Shown one piece after another: positions 55,925 to 64,000 of a stretch of DNA of 64,000 nt. Position numbers and translations under genes: made by a program. The DNA lies in assembly GCF_009834535.1 (NCBI RefSeq), contig NC_045696.1, positions 120,592,001 to 120,656,000 on the forward strand, read 5' to 3'. Each line of letters begins with the position of its first letter. Position 1 is the first letter of the stretch. The notes under the pieces were generated by a model. It made no database searches. It had not been told where the DNA came from and worked only from the letters and a program-made list of their open reading frames with translations. This DNA comes from Camelus ferus. Its lineage: Eukaryota.

Positions 55925-58740
55925 ATAGAATTATATCCCTTGTTCATGGATCAGAAGAACAAATATTGTTAAAATGTCCATACTACCCAAAGCCATCTAG
56001 AAATTCAGTGCAGTCCCTATCAAACTTCCAATGGCATGTTTCACAGAAATAGAAAAAAAATCCAAAAATTTGCATGGGACAACAGAGGACCCTTCAAAGC
56101 TACTGTAATCCTAAGGAAAAAGAACAAAACTGGAAGCATCACATTTCCTGATTTCAAACTATACTACAAAGCTGTAGTAACCAAAACAGTATGGTGTTGG
56201 CATAAAAATACACACACAGACCAAAGGGACAGAATTAAGGGTGCAGAAATAAACCTTTGCATGTGTGGTCAACTAATAGTTGACAAAGGAGTCAAGAAAA
56301 CTCAACAGAACAAGACTCAATAAACAATGATAGGAAAACTGAATGAAATTGGACCCCATCTTACACCATTCACAAAAATTAACCTGAAGTAGATTAAAGA
56401 CTTAAACATAAAACTGACACCACAAATCTCCTAGAAGAAAACATAAGGGAAAACTCTTTGGCATTGATCTTGTCAAGGTATTTTTTGGATACGACACCAA
56501 AAGCACAAGTAACAAAAGCAAAAATTAGGAAATGGGAGTACAAACCAAAAAGCTTCTGCACAGCAAAAGAAACAATTACCAAAATGAAATAGTAGACTAT
56601 GGAACAGAAGAAAATATTTGCAAATCATATAGCTGATAAGGAGTTAATATCCAAAATACATAAAGGATTCATACAATTTAATAGCAAAACCCCCCAAACA
56701 ATTAAATTACAAAATGGGTAGAGGAATTCAGTAGACATTTTTCCAAAGAAGATGTATAAGTGGCTAACAGGTACATGAAAAAAAGGTTCAATATCACTAA
56801 TCATCAGGGAAATAGAAATCAAGAATCGAAACCACAATGAGTTATCACCTCATCAAAAAAGACACAAAATAACAAGTTTTGGCAAGGAGGTGGAGAAAAG
56901 GGAACTCTCGTGCACTGTTGGTGGGAATGTAAATTGGTATAGCCACTATGGAAAACAGTGTGAAGTTTCCTTTAAAAAAAATGAACAAAGAAAAAGACAT
57001 AGAACTACTCTATGATCCAGAAATCCCACTTCTGGGTATATATATCCAAAGGAAATGAAGTTAAGATCTTGAAGAGATATCTGCACTCCCAAATTCATTT
57101 CAGCATTATTCAGAGTAGCCAAGATATAAAAGCAATCAAAGTGTATGTCAATGAATGAATGGATAAGGATGATGTAGTATAAATACTCCAAAAAACAAAC
57201 AACCCGATCCAAAAATGGGCAGAAGACCTAAACAAGCAATTCTCCAATGAATACATACAAATGGCCAATAGGCACATTAAAAAATGCTCAATATCACTAA
57301 TTATCAGAGAAGTGCAAATCAAAACTACAAGGAGGTATCACCTCACACCAGTCAGAATGGCCATCAGTCAAAAGTCCACAAACAATAAGTGTTGGAGAAG
57401 ATGTGGAGAAAAGGGAACCCTCCTACACTGCTGGTGGGAATGTAGTTTGGTGCAGCCATTATGGAGAACAGTATGGAGGTTCCTTAAAAAACTAAAAATA
57501 GACTTACCCTATGATCCAGCAATCCCACTCCTGGGTATATCTCTAGAGGGAACCTTAATTCAAAAAGATACATGTACCCCAGTGTTCATAGCAGCACTAT
57601 TTACAATAGCCAAGACATGGAAACAACCTAAATGTCCATCAACAGATGACTGGATAAAGCAGCTGTGGTATATTTATACAAAGGGATATTACTCAGCCAT
57701 AAAAAAGAATGAAATAATGCCATTTGCAGCAACATGGATGGACCTAGAGATCATCATTCTAAGTGAAATAAGCCAGAAAGAGAAAGAAAAATACCATATG
57801 CTATCACTCATAGGTGGAATCTGAAAAAAAAAAAAAAAGGACACTATGAACTCATCCACAAAACAGAAACAGACTCACAGATATAGTAAACAACCTTATG
57901 GTTACTAGGGAAAGGGGGTGGGAAGGGATAAATTTGGGAGTTTGAGATTTATAAATGTTAGCCATTATATACAAAAAGTAGATTTTAAAATTTTTCTGCT
58001 GTATAGCACAGGGAACTATATTCAATATCTTGTAATAACCTTTAATGAAAAAGAATATGAAAATGAATATATGTATGTATATGCATGACTGGGACATTGT
58101 GCTGTACACCAGAAACTGACACATTGTAATTGATTGTACTTCAATTTAGAAATTAAATTAAATTAGTTAAATTAATTTTTTAAAAAAAGACACAATGGAA
58201 TACTACTCAGCCCTGAGAAGAAGGAAATCCTGTCATTTGTGACAACATGGATGGACCTTGAGGGCTTTGTGATGTTTGAAATAAGTCAGACAGAGAAAGA
58301 CAAACACTGCATTATCTAACTTACATGTGGAATCTGGAAAAGCCAAACTTACCGAAAAAGAGTAGAGTGGTGGTTACCAGGGGCTGGGAGGGGGGTAAGT
58401 GTGGAGATGTTGGTCAAATGTACAAACTTTTGGTTGTAAAATGAATGACTTTGGGTGATCACAGTTAATAACACTGTTATATATGCTTGAAAGTTGCTGA
58501 GAGCAGATCTTAAATCTTCCCATCACAGAAAAGAGATGGTAATTATGTGGGGTGATGGAGGTGTTAGCTAACACTACGGAGATTAATCATTTTCCAATAT
58601 ACAAGTGCATAAGATCAACACATTGTATACCTTAAACTTATACAATGTTGTATGTCAAATAGAACACTTGTACACCTTAAACTTCCACCATGTTATATGT
58701 CAAATACATCTCAATGAAGCCAGAAAAGAAAAAAAGAAAA
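55925..58740 (+). mobile_element. 5'-truncated older L1 (L1MA-type ORF2 3' half + 3'UTR), split by a younger L1
   Basis: ORF 56036..56323 ([27 protein letters not shown]); breaks at gatgtagtataaatac (~57186) and resumes cacaatggaatactactcagcc (58191); A tail ~58725-58740. Confidence 0.88.
57187..58188 (+). mobile_element. Younger 5'-truncated L1 with uninterrupted ORF2 C-terminus
   Basis: ORF 57261..57824 carries the ORF2p cysteine-rich motif [18 protein letters not shown]; 3'UTR shared with the copy at 1822-2433. Confidence 0.92.
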
Positions 58741-60089
58741 GCTCTCAGTGAACAAAATAAGTTTATTAAATGTATCTTCCATGATTTTTACCTATATTTC
58801 TACCCATAAAGGGCATTTGTGTCGTGGACATTTTTACCCTTTTTGTGAGTAATTTATTTGTATACTACTTGGGGGAGTATTTGTCTTAAAAAAATTGGCT
58901 TTTTGGCAAGGTTTTTGATCATCCCCTTCCCTATCCGGAAATCCGAGCTCAAAGGATATCAGCAATTTTAATGTAGGCCATGAAGAGTTGTCATTTCCTT
59001 AAGAACCTTTGGACAACTCTTGTCTTTTATTAAATATTATACGTGCTGTGTTAAGCCTGTCTTTGCTGCTTCTGCTTTTTCATATTGGTCATTCACTAAA
59101 GCATAAAAAGACGTCTCATTTTTAAGAGCCAGCTTGCTAATAAAGATAAAACTGGCGGGTTTCTCTCCTCCTCTGCACAGCATGCCCCACAACTGCACAC
59201 AAAGCTATTACAACTCACCAGTCAGCCTTTTCCTCTGCGATAGCATCAGCAATTTTGCTCAGGACTTCTATTCTTGATGAACAACAGCAGAAATAATGAC
59301 CTAATTCACTTAAAAAAAAATCTATTCCCATTGCTTTCTCCAAAAACATGCAGTATTAACCCAAGACCTCTGTAATTAAATCAAGGCCATCCAATTATGC
59401 ATTTTAATACAAAGGAGGATTTTTAGCAATATCAACGTGAAAGAGGTTCATTAAAAAATATTAGAACTGAGAAATTAATGTGAACTCAGAGGAAAGCAAA
59501 CCTTGGTCTGTTTGAATTTCCTGTGCTTTACCTATATTTCCAGATTTTTTGTGGATCCCAGTGAAGTCTACTTTGTCTCTCAGTGCTGGTCTTCACCCAG
59601 TTTGACATCTCCTCAAGCCTTCGCGTGTAAGTTGAAGGGAGAAACTTGAAATCTCGTGTTACTTCAAGGAACAGAGCAGCCATGTTGATTTCAAGGCCAA
59701 AATTCTGGTCTCACTCCCTGGAGTGCATTTCTGAACTTCTCTGGGGTTTATTTACTTTATTTTCCAACCCCCACCCACCCCCAAATTTGGAAACAATCAT
59801 CTCTCTCTACATCAAAGGAGATAGGAAAGAGGCAGTTGAACATTCCATCATATTTAAGACAACGCAGTAACAGCAAGCAGTAATGCAGCAGAAAAGCCCC
59901 TTTCCCAGGGAGGAGGCTGGGCAGACGGCGACAGCCCTGTGACCAGAGAGCCACAGGGTGTGCCCAGGGCATTGGATTAAGACTGCAGCAAATGTGGGAA
60001 ATGTTTGTGATGTAATGTTAAGTGAAAAAAAAAAAAAGTAGAATTCAGATACTCTGTAAAAATGATGTCTGTTTGTGGATGAGTATTGG

Positions 60090-60310
60090 CAGAGTAGTTA
60101 AGAGCTTAATCCTGACCTCTCTGGGAGGCATTCCTGTCTTCACCACTTACACGCTGTGTGTCTTTGGATGAGTTGCTTTAAAACCCTTGAGCCACAGTTT
60201 CTTCAGCTGTAAAACGGAGACAGTCATGCCCAGGGCTGCTCTGACCATTAAAAGGGACCATATATGTAAAATGTCCAGCGTGGTGCCAAGCATATAACAT
60301 TGCTCAACAA
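60090..60310 (+). mobile_element. MIR
   Basis: ccacttacacgctgtgtgtctttggatgagttgctttaaaacccttgagccacagtttcttcagctgtaaaacggag. Confidence 0.75.
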
Positions 60311-62689
60311 CAACAACAAAAATAGGATAATGATGATATTGACAAAAAATACTGAAAAGATATGTAAGAAAATTAAGATAATTTTAGTTGCTGAACTCAG
60401 TTTTTAAAATAAATTTATTAAATTGTTTTATCATTGAAATTTATACTAGAGAGTTTCTGGTAGAATTTATTTTTAATTGAATTTAAATGAAATTATTCTC
60501 TTAGAGAAATATTCTGTTTTTTTTCTAATAGCCTATCTTCAGCACTTAAACTTCAGAGAGGAAAATGTGCATGTTGCTACAAAATGTTGTTTTAGTCATT
60601 TTAATGTCTAGAATATCATTATCACATTTTTGCTATTTATTTTTATTTCCTAACGGAATCATCTGTCAACATCCTAAGGGGAAAAAAAGTGGAATGTATA
60701 GATAATTTGTCTTTTAAGGCTTTTAAATATTATTCCTCATGAGCTGTGTAGCCTCAGGGATGGTACAGTACCTTTCTCTTAGAATTCCCAGTGTGAAAAG
60801 ATTTTATCTGATGAAAAATAGAAATATTTAATAGACTGTACATATGCCAATTACTTATTACAAAATGATTCTTTAAATAGGAGTTCCAGAAATCATTTTG
60901 GAGTTCTTTTACAAAGTAACTCTGTGTTAAAGAGGCAAATAGAGCAGAGTAACTTAAGGTTAAAATATTCCATCACTGACAATGAAAGGTCATTCAGAAA
61001 TAAAGATTTAATGCCTCTGAAATTACAGTGAGTCAAACTGGGAATATTTAATTTATAAAACTTTGATTTATATATTGTTCGCTGTTCCTAGCCTTTTAAA
61101 AGTAGCTGACTCACTGCCACCCATCACAGGAAAAAATCAAACAAAGCCAGCCCCAGGCAAGAGCTGACACCTCAGGCCTGGATTTGCCGAGACTGTAACC
61201 ACCATTCCCACATCATGTCCAGCACCAGTGTCACCAAGATGACCACCCTCTCTGCCATCACCAACTCCACCGTCACCATTACTTCCTCTGCCTTGCCTAA
61301 CTCATTGCACACTTTTTAGAAAAATCTCCCTACTAATTTGACCCCACCTGGCTAGTTAGTAAAGAGAAAGGAAATTGGCTGGGGATTTCCTGCACATTGT
61401 TGTAGTCTAACCTTCGGTGTAAATTACAATACATTCTTCTAAAACTAAACATGGCAGGTAATCACCTCCACATCCAAACCCGGACAGAGTCTTGGAACAC
61501 CAGGCACCTGATGACCACTAGGAAACATCACTAGCCCTGGACGCTGAGGAACTGTCCCCTTAACTGCTTGCCCATCACACACGTACTGTGACGGACGTCC
61601 GGGAAAGTACTCTGCACTAGCGTGTAGTCTAGAAAACACGGGCCTTGGTAAGTATCAGGAACAATATGAAACTTGACCTATTTAACATGACAACAGCTTC
61701 AACTTCATTGCCCTCTGGCCCGTGCTCTTCTGGCGGCCCTGACCTACATAAAGCTGTGCCTACAGGGCACCAAAATTCTTGACCAGTCTAGCAAGAACAA
61801 TGATTTGCTGGATTACAGGATTCTGCTCAATATTCTGGATCTGAAAGGTATTGCATACTGTGGTTCCTCAACCTGACACTAACAACCACCTGAGGAAGGT
61901 GAGCTCTTATAGTCACTGATCCACAGAGAGCAAACTAATAGCCCATGAAGGAAGGCAAGGCATATGGCCAAGTGGACCACCATTCTGGCATGCTCTTTGG
62001 GTTGGATGTCAGTGCTGAGTGTGCTTTCAGCATTTAAATCTGGCCCATTAATCCAGTAGCTGGGACATGAAGCAACGCTCTCTTGGGGCCAGCCTCCACA
62101 CCGAGTCATCACAGTCTGGTCACCTTCTCCTGGAATCCCTCATTAAGCCTTATGTAGGACGATAAGATTTTCTATCTAACGCACTAAACACAATTTCCAC
62201 AGGACACATTTCAGCAATATAGATAAGTCATGTGTTTTACTGCCTGAATACGGCTCACTGGAAATGAGGGACTTTTGAAAAAGCAGGATGTTTAAAATTT
62301 TAGGACATGTTAACAAAAATCGTGTGAAGGAGGAGAGCACCCACATGAACTAGAATAAAGAGGCGGAAACAGCCAGAAAACCAGACGTATGAGATGGCAA
62401 AGCAGGCGGCGTCTGCTCAGCTTGGCGGGGCTTCTTGAAATAACTTCGCAGCAGCCCGAGACTGGCACTGAGCACAGCCGAAGAGGCTCAGTGATTGGCG
62501 GGGCCTGAGTCTGCGGCTCCATCTGGACAGCAAACTTCCTCTTGTTTCTCCGGGCGGGAACTCCAACTGCGCTGACTGCTGCCGGAGAGGGCATGGCCCT
62601 GTCTTGAACTTGACCATGGTTTCACCTTTCTGGCAGGGCTTTGGACCCTCCCAAGGACCAGCCTGCATTTCTGGGACTTGAAAGGTATT

Positions 62690-62965
62690 GGGAGGTCTCC
62701 TTCCTCATGACTTGCTTCTCTATGGAAGCTTTCCTAACACATTCATGTAGACTTGGAAGCTCCCGTTGTGCTCCCATTGGACCCTTGTTACAAAATTTGT
62801 TGAGTTAATTAATTTAATTGTGTGGCTATTTCCCCTACTCAGCTTGTTGATGGCAAATACCAAGTATCGATTAACACTTTTATTTCCCTATTGTCTTGTA
62901 CAGGGCATTCACGGCACATCCCAAGTCTTCAATAAATGCTTCATGGATAAATGAATGAATGTTTG
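62690..62965. mobile_element. LINE-2 3' end
   Basis: ggcacatcccaagtcttcaataaatgcttcatggataaatgaatgaatg terminal signature. Confidence 0.6.
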
Positions 62966-63199
62966 AATGCTTTTGTAATACTGTCATCTTTGCCCCAACG
63001 CAGGCTGAAATTCTATTATCAGTTAAATCATTTTCACTTAAATCACCCCAAAGTTCCTGGTGTGTCTATCAGTCACAGAAAGTATCCTACCTACTTCTAG
63101 GAAACTCAGAAACTTTCAGAGTTCTTCATGGAAGATAAGACTACTGAATGTATATAGTATATGTTCATTTATGTGTTATTTTTTGGATGATTAATTATA

Positions 63200-63420
63200 A
63201 CTGACATTGAAGACTTACTGTGTCTAGGCCCTGTTCCTGGCACTTACATATATTCCCTTCATAAATCATTACTACAACCCCATGAAGTAGGTACTATTGT
63301 TTTCTTAAAGAAACTAAACCTAGGATGGTTAAGAAACCCTTCCAAGTTGACAAAACCCGTAGGTGCGAGAACCAGCAATGAACCTAGTGCCTGATCCCAG
63401 AGCCCCCACCTTACCCACTA
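63200..63420 (-). mobile_element. MIR
   Basis: cattgaagacttactgtgtctaggccctgttcctggcacttacata...tacaaccccatgaagtaggtactatt. Confidence 0.7.
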
Positions 63421-64000
63421 CGTGGCCCACCTCAGAGAACGATCTGTTCATCTGCCCAGGACACCGGACAGTGAAGATACACCTTCCAAGACTGTAAAGG
63501 GGGAAAGGAGACCTCAAAAAACAAAGTCACTGCATGTACAGGCAACGCCTACAATCTAAATTCTGTGACTCCCCTGCCAGTTCTTTGGTTTAATATTGTA
63601 CTAGTGAGCTACTCAATCCAATGGGCAAAATAGGGAGTGAGAGGGCCTTATAATTCTTTTTTTTTTTTCAGACTCTGCTAGGGATTTTAACTGAGACTTT
63701 CTCACATCTTTCTCAGTAACAGAACCACCAGATATACTATGAGTATAGCATAGGAGATCTTAACAAAATAATGAACTAATTTGACTATAGATACATATAT
63801 ACATATCAATATAGAGAATATCTATTTATTAATTGACCTACATGGAATAAACCCCCAAATGGACTACTTCACTGCAATGAAAAGATACTATTATATTCAA
63901 GAGCAGGAATAAATTTCACCATCAAAATGGAGTCATACACAAAAGAACATACATTATATGAATCCCATTATAGAAAGCTCAAAAGGAAGCAAAATTAATT

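Overview
This is mammalian genomic DNA, most likely camelid: it has six tRNA-Ala-derived Vic-1-type SINEs and I recognised no Alu, Bov-A, PRE-1 or Can-SINE copies. Bases 1 to ~46.9 kb hold the 5' two-thirds of PIK3R4 (VPS15/p150, the regulatory subunit of class III PI3K) on the minus strand. This includes a CpG-island promoter, a non-coding exon 1, and coding exons 2-13. The coding exons all have GT-AG boundaries and splice in phase into 3098 nt (about 1032 codons), covering the myristoylation motif, pseudokinase, HEAT repeats and the start of the WD40 domain. The gene continues off the left edge. The remaining ~17 kb is upstream intergenic DNA made mostly of L1, L2, MIR, MaLR/ERV LTRs, SINEs and DNA-transposon fossils. 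Nearly all other ORFs in the track are repeat-derived or chance. I found no convincing new multi-gene system. The most notable observations are: (i) a rearranged ~7.3 kb L1 in intron 7 with a post-insertion 234-bp tandem duplication, a tail-less nested L1 and a microhomology-bounded deletion; (ii) strong exon-to-exon GC3 differences with AT-to-GC-directed amino-acid changes, suggesting GC-biased gene conversion; (iii) an exon 3/4 junction that regenerates the intron 3 donor 9-mer. Repeat family names and human comparisons come from memory, not database searches. Coordinates of old repeats are approximate.
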